Source: Hypanus sabinus (lineage: Eukaryota). From it: a stretch of 64,000 nt of DNA. Under the pieces are notes generated by a model. It saw only the letters and a program-made list of their open reading frames with translations. It was not told the DNA's origin and made no database searches. Every line of letters begins with the position of its first letter. Position 1 is the stretch's first letter. A program made the position numbers and the translations under genes. Positions 33,001 to 48,000 of the stretch are shown piece after piece. The stretch is taken from NCBI RefSeq assembly GCF_030144855.1, contig NC_082710.1, forward strand, positions 14,136,001-14,200,000, read 5' to 3'.

Positions 33001-36000
33001 TTAGCAATTCAGGGATGAGAGGAGAAGATGTTTTTTCATGTAAAAAGTAGAGAATCTTTTCCGCTCAAGGGGACAGGGGCATATTCACTAAGTTTATCCA
33101 AGACAGAAATTGAAAATGTGAAGGAAATCGATGAATGTGGTTCAGTGTATGAAAGCGGCTTGAACTCTTTCAAATTCAAGTTTACTTTCATTTATCTGTG
33201 TACTGTACATGTATACAGTGACGTGAAGCAATGTTCCACTGGGACCAAGGTGCAAAATACAATACATATATCACACACAGCACTTAAAATAATATTAACA
33301 CAATAATAGTAACAGATTAAAAATAAGTACTATGTCGATAGAAGTTCAAGTTTAAACTTAATTGACATTCAACCATACCCATGAATGCAGCCAAACAAAA
33401 CAGCATTCCTCCAGAGCCAAGGTGCAAAACACAGCATCACAGTAAACACAGCGCACGGCACTTATACCACATGTAATTATGATAGCCGAGAAACAGACAG
33501 CATCAAGTAATCCCACATTCGGTGGGCCACCTCAAAGCTCTGCAGCTCCACCTACATAAAATGGCAGAAGAAAATTAAACGGCTCTGGGGAGGAGACAGC
33601 TCCTCGTCGCTGATAGAGAGCAGCATGTAAATGCCAGAGACGTGCCTGAAATATTTGCAATTCCCTTCACCCGGAAGTAACAGATTGATGTAGTCCTGCC
33701 ACCACATGTCTCTGGCATTCACTGAATCCAGTTGATTCAGTGTGCATGATGTCACAAAATGACTGAGTGTACTCGGAATAGAAAATACTGTGGGACCACA
33801 TCACATTGAGGTCATTGTCCTGAAGACGTGCTTTCCATTACCATAAGACAAGAAGACATAAGGGCAAAATTAGGCTATTTGGTCCATAGAGTTTTGTATT
33901 TTTTACAAAAAATAGTGTAAGTACAATCAAGCCGACAAAAACCTCTTCAGTCTACTCTCAATCAACAGCAAATGATGGAAGGAATCCTAATGCCAGTATC
34001 AAACAGCACTCAGCAATGAACCACTCACTAATGCTCAGATTGGCTTTGGCCGGGACACAGCTCCTAGTTAGGGTGAATCATGCAGAAACTGTTCCTTATG
34101 TTGAAGTAACATCTCACACACAGAATTCTGGTCCTGCTTGTAAGATGTTAAGTCACCTTTAACCCCAGGATGTGGCTGAATAAATCGCCTAGGGCAGTGT
34201 CCTAAACCATTTCCAGCTTTTCACCTTGAATCTTTGTTTCGTCATCTCAAGCACTGTGCTTACATCACTGACACTGCAGATTACAGGTGAGAGAAAAATA
34301 TCAAAGTTGGATGAATAGAAATGCATACTCAGTGGCCATTTTATTAGGTGCACCTAAACCCCTGCTCATTGAGTCAAATATCTAATCAACCAATCATGTG
34401 GCAGCAATTCAATGCATAAAAGCTACAGACATGGTCAAGAAGTTCAGTTATTGTTCAGACCAAACATCAGAATGAAGAAGAAAAATGATCTAAGTGAACT
34501 AGATTGTGGACTGATTGTTGGTGCCAGATGGGGTGGTTTGAGTATCTTGAAACTGCTGATCTCCTGGGATTTTCACGCAAAACAGTCTAGGGTTTACAGA
34601 GAATGGTGCAAAAAACAAAAAAAAAATCCAGTGAGTGGCAGTTCTGTGGGCGAAAGCATCTTATTAATGAGAGAGGTCAGAGGAGAATGGCCAGACTGGT
34701 TCAACCTGACAGGAAGGTGACAGCAACTCAAATGTTGTTGTTTCGTATGCCAGGTGCTTTTCTCTTCACACATCTCATTGGATTTGTCAAGATGAAGTGT
34801 GTCCCGGAAGGGGCTGACATGAGTCAATCTGTTCTGGAGCCAGGGTTGAAATAATCTTCATCTGAACTCGTTGCAACTCAATAACCATGTCGTATAGCAG
34901 TGGAGTGCAGAAGAATATCTCTGAACACACAACACATCGAACCTCGAAGTGGATGGGCTACTGCAGCAGAAGACCACAAACATATATTCAGTGGTCACTG
35001 CAGGAGATAGCTAATAAAGTGGCCACTGAGTATTGATGTTGTATTTATCCAGATTGGTAGTGGCACACAGTACTAAGTTATATCTACCATGCAATTGTAT
35101 GAAAAACAAGAAGTGAGTAGTCAAAAAATCTCTGAACCTTGTCTTGCAGAAGGAAACATGCAATGACAGTGCTTTTCTTTCAATTAAGACTTTAATTTGG
35201 GGACTAAGTTAAATCTTTTTAAATTAGTTCTACCTCATTTTTAAACATATGGACCTTTTTAATTTTTTTAACATTTTATTTAGCATTGACGTAAATTTTA
35301 TTCACCACAATCGGTACTATAATTCGTAGTGTTATTTCTACTTTGTTATTTTTAAATATTCTCATATTACATCCCATTTTTATTAAAGAGCAATGTGTTG
35401 TTGCCACAAAGCTTTTCAATGGTTTAAATTCACACTCAAAAGGGTTGGGATCACTGTCCTAATGCATAACTACTGCTAATTCCAACTTTATGTCATGTAT
35501 ATTATTGTAAAGCACTGTAGGTTTCTTTATAAACATGTTACAAAAATATTGCTCTGATGGTTTTCTGATCTCTCCTGCTTCAGGGTGAACTTGCGGTTCA
35601 CAAGAAGAAAGTTGAAGAGGTTGATAGTTGGCTGAAGGCCCACACGTCAGAGACATGCCGTCAGCAAGTGAGTCACATTTCTTCTTTTGCTGTCTTTTCT
35701 TGTGATCTTCATTGAGTTCTTCCATCCCTCTCTGTTGAGGGAAAAAAAAGGCCTGCATCTGTATTAATGGTTGCATTTTCTGTGCTCTTTGTCAGTGGTA
35801 TACATGACTACCTAAACCTCTTTGCTTCTGCACACCTGGTCTCTCCTAGCAATTTACCTTTTACTAGATGATCTTGTGATTCTTCACCCTGATGGCTAAA
35901 TAGTATAATTTTGACAGCTCTGTTATATGCTTTCTCCCATCCATATACCACACTGTGCCTCGTAGTTACACATCACTTGCAAACTTGGATGACCCATTTG

Positions 36001-39000
36001 TTAACCTGTTGTGAAGAGCTGAGGATTCTGATGGGCACCTCCTGCCCATTGGGGATCTAGCCCTTTATTCCACCTCTCTGACACTCATCTTCCAGCCCAT
36101 TAAAGACACGCGCCATTATTTTTCATATATTCTTATGACAGTGAATGTGGAACATGGAATACTAAAGCACGGTACAGGCCCCCCAGCCCACAATGATGTA
36201 CCAACCTTTTTAATCTACTCTAAGATCAATTTAACCCTTCCTTCCCACATAAACCTCCATTTTTATTTCATTCATGTACCTATCTAAAATTTCCCTCATT
36301 TATCTGCTTCTACCAGCATCCTGGCAGCGCGTTCCATGGACCCACCGTATTTTTTTTAAAAGAAAAACTTACGCCTGACATCCACCAATACTTTGCTGCG
36401 ATCACCTTAAATTATGTTCCTTTGTATTAGCCATTTCCACAAAGTGAAAACATCTCACTATGCACCTTATCTATGCCTCTAATCATCATGAGCACCTCTA
36501 ACAAATAACCTCTCATCCTCCTTTGTTCTGAAGAGAATAGCCTTAGCTTTCTCAACCATTTCTCAGAAGACATGTTCTGGTAAATCATAAGATATCCTTG
36601 CAAAATCTCTTCTGCATCCTCTATAAAGCTTCCACATCCTTCCTATAATGAGGTGACCTGAACTAATCACTATGTTCCAAATGGGAAAATAGAACATAAT
36701 AGCACAGAAACAGGCCCTTCGGCCCACAATGCTGTACTGAACCAATTCAATTAAACCAACAAAACTGACCCCATCTGCCTCAACAATGTCTGTATCCTTC
36801 CGTTTCCTCACATTCGTGTACCTATCTAAACACCTCTTTAAAAGTTTCTAATGTATCTTATTGCCAGTACCCCAGGCAGCACATTCCAGGCACCCACCAC
36901 CTTGTAAAAAAAAACTTGCCCTTTACATCTTCTTTCACCTTGAATGCCTGCCCTCTTGTATTAGATATTTCAATCCTGGGGAAAAAAGATATTGTCTGTC
37001 TACTCTATGCCTCTCATAATCCTGGTAAGCCCCTTCTTCACCCTCCAAAGCTTTGCATTTTTCCTATAATGGGGCGACCAGAACTGAATACAGTACTCCA
37101 GATGCAGCCTAACTAGAGTTTTATAAATCTGCAACATACGGTAACTTCCTGACTTTTGAACTCAATGCCTGGACTAATATAAGCAAGTATGTCATGTGCC
37201 TTCTTAACCACCCTGTCAACCTGTGTAGACACTTTCAGGGAGCAATGAACTTGGACCCCAAGATCCCGCTGCTCATCAACACTGTCTTGCCCTAAACAGT
37301 GTACTGTTTCTTTATATTTGACCTATTCCAAGGTGCAACACTTCAGATTTGGCTGGATTAAACTCCACCTGCCATTTCTCTGCCCATATCTGCAACTGAT
37401 CTATATTGCACTATATTCTTTGCCAGTCTTCTATGCTATCCACAATACCACCAATCTTTGTATCATCTGCAAATTTACTAACCTATCCATCTACATTTTC
37501 ATCCAGGTCATTTATATACATCACAAACAGCAGAGGTCCCAGTCAGATCCACTCCCCCCACCCCCTGAACACCACTAATCTCAGACCTCCAACTAGAAAG
37601 AAGGCTCCTTGACCACTACCTTCAGTCTTCTAAGAGAAAACCAGTTCTGAATCCAAACAGCCAATTCACCATGGATCCCATGTATCTTAATCTTCTGGAT
37701 GAGCCTCCCATGAGGGACCTTGTGAACCGCCTTACTAAAATCCATGTAGTTAACATCCACAGCTCTACCTTCATCAATCATCCTCATCACCTTGTCAAAA
37801 AAACTCATTCAAATTAGTAAGATGCGACTTGCCCCATATAAAACCATGCTGGCTCTCCCTAATTAGGCTATGGTTTTCCAAACGCTCATAAATCCTATCC
37901 CTAAGAATTCTCTCCAGTAGCTTCAACGTGAGACTCGCTGGTCTCAGGCTTCCAGGATTATCACTTCTTGAATAATGCAGCATTCACTTGTCACCTATCC
38001 TCCAGAACCGTGTCTGTAGCAACAGACAACACAAAGTTATTGGTCAAGGGCCCAGCAATCTCTTCACTTGCCTCTCTTAATAAATTGGGTATATCTCATC
38101 AGGCCCCAGGGACTTATCCATCTTAATGCTCTTTCGGAGACCCAACGCTACCTCTTTCCTTACCTCAAAATGCCCTATCCTGTATCCTGCATGTCCTTTT
38201 CCTTGGTAAATACTGATGTAAAGTACTCATTAGCAACCTACTCACATCCTCCACGTTCTAGCAAATATTCCTCTTTATCCTTGAGTGTTTCTACCCTCTC
38301 CCTAGTTCAGTGGTCCTATCCTCTTGCTCCTGATGTTTGTGTAGAATCTTTTTAATCTTACTCACCAAGGACTTTTAATGCCCCTTCCTGGCTTTCCTAG
38401 TTATCTTCTTTAGTACTGTTCTGGCTTATCAAATAAGATCAAGGGCTCTGCTTGATTCTAGTTTTCCAAGATATACGTACTTTTCATTTTTTTCCTTGTC
38501 TAAATTCATCACCTTTCTTTTGATATTCATGGTTCTCCTACCTTGCCATCCTTGTCCTTCCTCCTGACTGGAACCTGCCTATCCTGTGCTCTGTGTAGGT
38601 GGTCTTTTTGAACCCTCCACATGTTGGATGCGGACTTCTCCAAAAACGGCTGTTCCCAGTTAACTCTCCCAAGGTTCGGCCTAAAGCTCTTGTAATTTGC
38701 CCTGCTCCAATTTAATACTCTCCTGCAAGGTCCATATTTATCCTTATCTATAGCTGTCCTAAAAATCAAGGGAGTTGTGGTCACTTCCCTAACTGTCCAC
38801 CCACTGAGTGGTCAGTCACGTGGCCAGGCTGATTACCCAACACCAGGTCCAGTACAGATATTTGGTCCATGCTGGTTTTCAGGGAATTTCCATTGGCTTC
38901 CCATTGGCCCCTGTTCTCACCCCAACCCCCATTTCTTGTCACCCTTTCTCTCTCACGTGCACATTAACGTACTGACTCATCCATTCTCCTGCTGCCTTTT

Positions 39001-42000
39001 AACATAACTAGTGATTTTCTATAAACCTGCCTGAATGTCTTTGAGATGTGGGAGGATACGGGACCACCTGTTCGAAACCAATGCCAATTTGGGGGGGGGA
39101 TGTATGAACTCTCATGGCCTGTATCTGAGGACAGGGTCAAGGCCCCAGCAACAACACTAACTGTTCTGTCCCTCACCACCACCCTCCATTAGGTTGTGTC
39201 CAATTCTATGCATGATTAATATTGCTAACATCTTTCATGCTAAGCCTTTTCCAGGTTTTTTCTGAGTATCTCCTCGGACAACATCCTATCAATTCCCAAG
39301 TTATCCTTCAAATCTATTATTACAAATATCAACTGGACTATTAAACAAATATGATTAGCTATATTTGTCACATGTACATCAAAACATGTATCACTTAGGT
39401 CACATAACTGAAATCAGTTCTGTTAGTTTATTTTAAATTTCTCTTTGCTGAAATTATTTACTTAAACTGTGCATTTAAATGCTGCAAACTACATGGTTAA
39501 GCCAGTGTGCAGCAGGTACATTTGTAAAGTGCATTTCCCTTCAAAAGTTTCTACCAGTATTATTTTCTGGCTCCAACTTTCCTTGCTCCATTCTGTTGCA
39601 AACCAAATTCCAATTATTATTGTGATTTGTAAAAAAATAATTTTATTTCAGGGTGCAGCACCGTAACAGGCCATTCTGCCCCAATGAGTCAGTGCCACCC
39701 AATTGCACCCATGTGACTAATGTGTACATTTTTGGAATATGAGAGGAAACTGGAGCACCCAGAGGAAACTTGCATGGGAGATTGGACAAACTCCTTAGAG
39801 ACAGCGGTGGAATTGATCCTGGGTCGCTGGCGCTGTCAAACTTGTATAGATGTGTAGTGAGACTATATTGACTGACTACATCACTGTATGGTATGGAAAC
39901 ACCAATGCCCTTGAGTGGAAAATTCTGCAATAATTAGTGGAATCAGCCCAGTCCATCTCGGGTAGAGCCCATCTACATGGAATACAGTTGCAGGAAAGCA
40001 GCATCCATCATCAGGAGCCTCCACCACCCAGGGCATGCTCTCTTCTCACTGCTGCCACCAGGAGGGTGGTATAGGAGCCTCAGGACTCACATCACCAGGT
40101 TCAGGAGCAGTTTGTACCCCTCATACATCAGTCTCTTGAACCAAAGGGAATAATTTAGCTAACCTCATTGATATGTTCCCACAACTAATGGACTCACTTT
40201 CAAGGACACTCTTAAAGATAGAGCTCTTAAAGATAGTGGAGTCAAGGGATATGGGGAGAAGGCAGGAACGGGGTACTGATTGTGGATGATCAGCCATGAT
40301 CACATTGAATGGCGGTGCTGGCTAGAAGGGCCAAATGGCCTACTCCTGCACCTATTGCCTATTGACACTTTATCTCATGTTCTTGATATTTATTATTATT
40401 AATATTATTATTTCCTCTTTTTGTATTTGCACAGTTTGTTGTCTTCCACAATCTATTTGAACAGCCAGGTTGGGGAATATTTCATTATTCTGTTATGGTT
40501 ATTATTCTATAGGTTTATTGAGTATTCCTACAAAATGAATATCAGGGTAGTATATGGTGACATAAATCTACTTAGATAATAAAACTTAATTTGAACTTCT
40601 AATAGTGTTAAGCTAACCATGAAGCCACCACATTTTATTCTTTTAAAAGCCGTATTTTACCTTCCCATTAGGTCACATTAGTTACCATATGTTAGTTTTC
40701 AATATTCTTGTTATTACATCACAGTTTATTCTTGTAAAAACTGTATTTATCAAAAAAAATCACTTTTGTTAGGTTTGTTCTTTCTTAAAAGCAGGGCACG
40801 GAAGCCAATTGTAGACTCCTTACCCCTGCCCTGACCAGTACTGGGTGGTAGAATGTATAATCTAACACATCGAACTTGGAGCAGTCCTCCTCATGATCGT
40901 GCATTGTTTTAGAATTTCGTAACAATTGTCAGATTGTAAATGCTGGTGTTAACTGAATCCTAACTGACTTTTTTAAAACGTTGTGTGAAGGATGGCTCCA
41001 TCCTATTGTTAACGGGTGGCTCAGGCACTGGCAAGTCAGCTACCATACACGTCCTAGTGAAGGAACTGGGAATTCAGCTACAGGAATGGATAAACCCTTT
41101 ATCGCAAGATAAATTCAAACCTTGGGATGAATTTGAACGCCACTATAACACTGGTAAGAGCATATTTCAGAAATGTGAACCCTGTTGTGGTTATCATTCA
41201 TGCAGTTCTTGCCACAACTGTACAGATGCTGGTATTTTATGCACATCTGTCTTGTTGGCCAATGGTAGCCACAATAGATGTATGCTGTAAATCTGATGGA
41301 TAGGTGGAAGATGTTAAAGTACGGTTTAGGTTAAGGAATTTTTAAAATCTCCATAATGAAGTGTGTAATTCCAAAAACATTTTGTCACTGCGTTGTTTCT
41401 CTCCTCCTCTAATTTACTACTTGTCTATTTTTTTAAAAACCCACATATTTTCCACTGGCTTTTAGGCTCAGTGTGTTAACGCATTCATGTTTTTAAGTCA
41501 GTAACAGTCCTTAATGTGCTCTTCTCTTTCAAATGGAAGCCATAACATTTCATATGCTTAAGAAATTAAAACAAACCACATTCTATTTTCCCCCATTTTA
41601 AGTAAGAATTGGCTGTGATTGTGCTTTTTGTGCTCCAGGAATATGCTGAAGATGATTAATAATTATCATAGGAAACTTCAGTTCTGAATAACAATGCTTG
41701 GGCAAGTATATTTGTACTGGCTACACTGGTGCTCGCAGAGACCATTTTGTTTGTTCAGTTTTGTCTAGAGGTTAAGTGTTAGAGTAGGTGAAGGAAGGAT
41801 GACATTTCTATCGGCTCATATGAGGGGACGTAATTTCTTGGTGACTGGAGGAAAGTTTAGGGAGGATATCAGAGATGGGTTTATTTCATAGAGAGTGGTG
41901 TGGTGGTGGTTTTACAGGCATTGAAGAGGGACTCTTAGATAGACATGTGGACAATAGAAAAAAGGGGGTCATGCAGAAGGGAAGTGTTTGATTGATTCTG

Positions 42001-45000
42001 GAGTAGGTTAAAAGTTTGGCACAATATCATGGACTAAAGGGCTATAATGTTTTATTTTCTATTTTAATGTTGTTTTAACTTGCACACAACCATGTTTGTC
42101 AGCTGCATTACCTATTTTGCACTTCATCCAAATAACTAGCTCGTTCAGATCTCAGTGAGCCAGTAATAAGTGGCCAGTAATATTGATATCCAATGATTAA
42201 TGCTTGCTGCTGATCACCCACCCAGTATAAAAATTTCAGAAATCAAGCATTGCATGGATTGATTGTATACTTCAGAATTTCTCTATTTTATTTTTGAATA
42301 CAATTTGAACTTTCTCTAATCTGTTATTTAATTTATTTCAGACTCCTGTTTCCAAGTGTATATGAACAAGCCACAATCTGTCCAATTTGAAGAATTTTTG
42401 CTGCGAGCCAGCAAATATAAAAAGCTCCAGATGGTGGGAGACGTTCTGCATTTGGACAAGAAACTGATTCTTGTTGAGGTGAGTACAATCTTTTTGAGGT
42501 CTTTAATTGGTTCCTTGCAAGAAAATAAACCCTTGGAGCAGTTCACACATGAGATTAAACAGTAGGTTGTGTGTTCAGAAAAGTTTGGGTATTTTTGTTC
42601 TATTTCTCAGTAAAAGAAGTACTCATGATTTTTGTAATTGATTCTTTTAAAGTTAAAATGAATTTTCTTCATAATATTGGAATCTATAATAATATTGAAA
42701 TTATTCAGACATCACTATGTACACGAGAGCTTTCTGTACTTTTAGCTAAAACTATGTTGTCCAATGGTAATTCTTCTTCTTCACAGGATATCCCTAATCA
42801 ATTTTATAGAGAACCCTCTTGTTTGCATGATATCTTACGGTAAGCTTCCTCAGATTTTTATTCATAACTGAAACGTAACGTCATTTATACAATAAACTAT
42901 TTCACTGACTGCTTCTGATGAGCCATTTATAAAACTATTCAATGGTTACATGGCCTGTATTTTACTTTCTTCGGCCTCCCTCCCTTCCTAAAGAATGGAG
43001 TGATATTTGCAGTTTTCCAGAACCATTCCAAAATCTAGTGATTTTTGAAAGGTTACTAATGACTCCACAGTCTCTTCAGCTGCCTCTTTCAGGATGCTGG
43101 GTTTAATCCATCTGGTCCAGGTGATCTATCTCGCTTCAGACCTTTCATCTTCTCCTTAGCACCTGGATTCACTTCTGTCCCCTGACACTCGTGAAGTTCT
43201 GGCATACTAGTAGTGTCTTCTACAGTGAAGATTGACACAAGATACTTACTAAGTTCATCTGCTTTTTTTGACCTCCGTAACTACCTTTCCAGTGTCATGT
43301 TTCTGCAGCTGATATCCACTCTCATCTCTCTTTATAAATCTGAAAAAAAACTTCTTGTATCCTCATTTATATATTGGCTAGCTTACCTTCATATCTTATC
43401 TTTTCTCTCATTACTTTTTTTTAGTTGCATTCTATTAGTTTTTAAAAGCTTCCAAATCCTCTAGCTTCCCACTGATTTTTGCAATATTATATGTCTTCCC
43501 TTTTGCTGTCATGTTGGCCACGGTTACATCTCATCCTCCCTTTAGAATACTTCTTCATCTTTGGGATGTATCTGTCCTGTGCCTTCCAACTTGCCCCCAG
43601 AAACTCCAGGCTTTGCTGTTCTGCCATCATCCCTGCTAATGTTCCCTTCCAATCAACTTTGGCCAGATCCCCTCTCATGCCTCTGTCATTCCATTTAATC
43701 TGCTGTAGTACTGATACATCTGACTTTAGCTTCTCCCACTCAAACTGCAGTGGGCAATCTATCATGTTATGATCACTGCCTCCTAAGGGTTCTTTACCTA
43801 AGCTCCCTCATCAAATCTAGTTAATTACATAACACCCAATCAGAATTGCCTTTCCCCTAATGGGCTTGATCAGAAGCTGCTCTTAAAAAGGCATCTCGTA
43901 GGCTACATACAAATTCCCCTCTTGGGATTCAGCGCCAACCTGATTTTCCCAGTAGACCTGCATATCAAAATCCCCCCTTGACTATCGTAACCTTCCCTTT
44001 TTACATGCCTTTTGTATCTCTTCTTGTATTTCTATCCCATATCCTGGCGCTGTTTGAAGGCACGAATTTAACTCCCATCAGGGATTTTTTTTCACCCTTG
44101 TAGCTTCTTAACTCTACCCACAAGGATTCGACTTTTTCTAGTCCTATGTCACGTTTTTGATTTCACTTTTTACCAATAGAGCCACCCCACCCCTTCTACC
44201 TACCTGCCTGTCCTTTCGATACAATGTATACCCTTCGATATTAACCTCCCAATTATGATCTACTTTCAGCCATGACTCATTGACGTCCACAACGTAATTT
44301 CTGCCAATCTCTAACTGCACTACAAGATCACCTACCTTATTCTGTATTCTGCGTGCATTCACTTTCACATCTTCAGTCCTGCATTCATCACATTTTGATT
44401 ATGCCTCCATGTTACACTTTAACCCCTCCACCAGTTCCTCAGCCACGCATTCATTTGCCAAGTCTTTCTATTCTTAGTCTCATTGGTACATAGCACAGAC
44501 AGCACTCCAGAGATTACTACCTGGAGAGGTCCTGTTTTTCAGCTCTCTACCCAACTCCCTATATTCTCTCTTCAGGACCTCCTCCCTGTTCCTACCTATG
44601 GTGTTGGAATCAATATGTACCACAACTTCTGGATGTTCACCCTTCCCCCATCCCCCCATTTACTGTCGACCTGATCTGAGACATTCCTATCCCTGGCAAC
44701 ATACCAATCTTGTTCACAGAATCTCCTGTTTGCTCTCTAACTATGGAATGCCCTATCACTACTGCATTCCTCATTTACTCCCTCCTCTTCCCTCCTGGGC
44801 CACAGAACCAGACTCAGTGCCAGACACCCATTCCTACAGCTTTCCCTGGTAAGTTGTCAACCCCCACCCCAGCAGTATCCAAAGCGGTATACTTATGGAG
44901 GAGAACGGCCACAGGGGTGATCTGCACAGGCTGCCTTTCACCCTTCACTCTCCATACTGTCACCCAGATACCTGCCTCCTGTAACATAGGGGTGACCACC

Positions 45001-48000
45001 TCTCGATAACTTCTGTCTGCCATCTCCTTATCCTCCCAAATGAGCTGAAGATCATCCAGCTGCTGCTCTAGTTCCTTAACACTGTCTCTGGGGATTTTTT
45101 TTAATACTTAAGTGTGGAAAAATATAAATATAAATATATGATGTAAAGTTAAGCACTTGATGTATTCTTAATCAGGAAGTTTGTTCAGTCGGCCAGATGT
45201 CCATTGGTGTTCATAATTTCTGACAGCTTCAGTGGAGACAGCAACCACCGGGTACTGTTCCCACACGACATCCAAACAGAACTGGGTATCTTCAACATTA
45301 GGCAAGTACCAGTTCACTGGTAACTCCACACATTTGTTTGTGCTTTCTTGAATTTGTCTTTTTTAAATATTCTTGTACTAAGTGATTTTTAAACAGTTAA
45401 ATATATTTTGAATCAATTACAATTGTATTTCATTTGGAGTTTCAAAATGTAAGGATTGTGTAAAAAAAAAACTTAAATTTTGTATCTAATTAGTGCTGAA
45501 ATTTTGACAGTATTTTAAAACAAAAGTGATTTTTCCGTGCTGTTCATAGGTGACAAATTCATTGCCCCATTTGTACCATGAGCAGACTTAACTGGAGAGT
45601 GTTTCCCCGAAATTTGCTTGTCTGTTTAGTCCACTGTTTCCTCAGAAGCCATACAACAGGCGTCATTTTTACATTTATTAATTAATTGAGGATAAATCCT
45701 GTTAGAAAGTCAGAGAACATTTTGATTGTTTACCCCTGTTTAGATAGTGGTGCACTTCTGAAAGCAGCCTTCCAAAAATTTATCCAGAAAGGTCATTGTC
45801 TATGTGTGGTCTTGACAGCAGGTGTTAAGCAAAGGGTATCATCCACATCAGCATCCAACTCTGATTCTGTCTTCAACCTTGTCAGAGTATTTGTACTTAA
45901 CACACAGGTTACGGCTTAAGAGATTACAGGGGAGAAAAAAAACTTGTATTATTAGTAACACTTTTTTTCTGTACTTTGCTATTGTTTAGCTCTTGTACGA
46001 ACTCAGTGTACTGATAGAGTAGAATAGACCTTTATGCTCAGGGACGAGATTGTGGTGCTACTCCAGTCTGTGCAAATCAGATATTTACAATGCATGTGAT
46101 GTGGTTAAATTTTTTTTTTAAATCCATGTTTACATCCAACAAGTGACTTTGATATTCCATAACACTTAAAGGCCATTGGCAAGCTGGATGTAGTATTATT
46201 CAGCTGCACAACAACCCTAGGGAAGAAGCTGTTTTTCAATCTGTCTTGCCTAAGATGTCTCTGTATCTCCTACCAGACAGCAGGACATTGAACAGACAGC
46301 GTCCGGGGTCTATGGATGGCATGCAAAGTATGATAATAATTAATTAATTTACCACTTGTTCCCTTCCCATACATACATAAGCAATACCATGCCAAGAAAG
46401 ACCACCTCACTTTGTAGAAGTGAGAGAACTTAGTCTCGACGGGTATCAGCCTTGGGGTTTGTATGTCCCTGTGCTTTATCTGAATCTGATAAGAAGCAAC
46501 AAGGAGACTTAAATAATTTTTTATTTGTTATTTAATGAAGTTTAATAATTTTACATGCTGAAAGCTAAATTGAATTACTAATCAACTTGCGATGGTCTAT
46601 TATTTAAACCATTCTTTTCCATCATTTGACAGTTTTAACCCTGTAGCTCCCACGAGCATGCTGAAAGTTCTAAGCAGAATATCCGCTCAAGAGGCAAGCA
46701 AGGTAAATCCTAGTTCAATGTAAACAGCTGTGTTTTCAGCATTTTTATTTAACCAGAGTTTTGGGGTATGTTGTTGTGATCAGAAGCCTTCGGGTAATTG
46801 GCAAACTGTCTTTCCTATATCTGATTCTCAGCGACAGCTGTCAACAGACTGTGAGCGCAGTCCCAGTATGCACTGTGCAGCCTGGGGTCACTGCATAGTC
46901 ACAGGAGTGCCCAGTATAATTAGAGTCATAGAGAAACAGGCCCTTCGGCCCATCAGTCCGTGCCAAGCCACCTACTCTAGTTGACCTGCATCAAGACCAG
47001 GATTCTATATGATATATAGAATCATATACTGCCGTCACTGTGCTGTAAACATTGTTATGAAAACATAGTAAGTATATCAGTAAGAATGACTGACTTGGAT
47101 CATAAATATAACAAAGATGACTGAAGAAAAACTATGGATACTGATCCTACAATCAGATTGAAACGTATCTACAGAATTTAGTGAAATGTTTCCACTTTCC
47201 AACTCAAAGTGATCCGCACAAGTTTTTCATTAAGGTAGATTATTGGGATTACATTTCACACATACGTTTTAACTCTGTTTAATCATTATTTGGACATGCA
47301 AATTCAGCTCTTTTCAAAGTGATAATATGCAACTAATGTTAAAGTTGTAATGCTCAGCCAGCATTATGGGACCTGTACTGGGGTGGGCAACTATTCTGTC
47401 CATTATGAAATATTAACAGTTTTAAAAATTATCTTGATATGCAGAAAGCTGGCAAGTCTGTTGTTCCTGACAAAGCTGCCCTAGAGATGCTGTGCAGGGC
47501 CAGCGCAGGAGATATCAGGAGTGCAATAAACAGTCTGCAGTTTACGTTGGTGAAAGGTAATTTAATAATGGCAGGAGACTAAAATAAGTTGATAATTTTG
47601 GAAAAACAGTATTAAGTGATATCTTAGTAGCAAATTGGTAAATAATTAATATTTTCATATTTGATCTATGTTTTGACTCTGAAGTTAGAACCCACTGTAT
47701 CACTAGAACATGGAGGACTACAGCACGGTACAGGCCCTTCAGCCCACAAAGCTGTGCCAACCTTTTAATCTACTGCAAGAGCAATCACATCTTCCCTCCT
47801 TCATAGCCTTCCATCTTTTGATCATTCATGTGCCTAAGTTTCTTAAATGTTCCTAATGTATCTGCCTCTAGCATCACCCACTAGTAGAGTGTCCCATGCG
47901 CCTGCCACTGTCTGTGTAAAAAGAAACACCAACAAACTACTACTACTACTGACATCCTCTCTATTTTCCTTCAATTTATGCATCCCCGTATTAGCCACAT

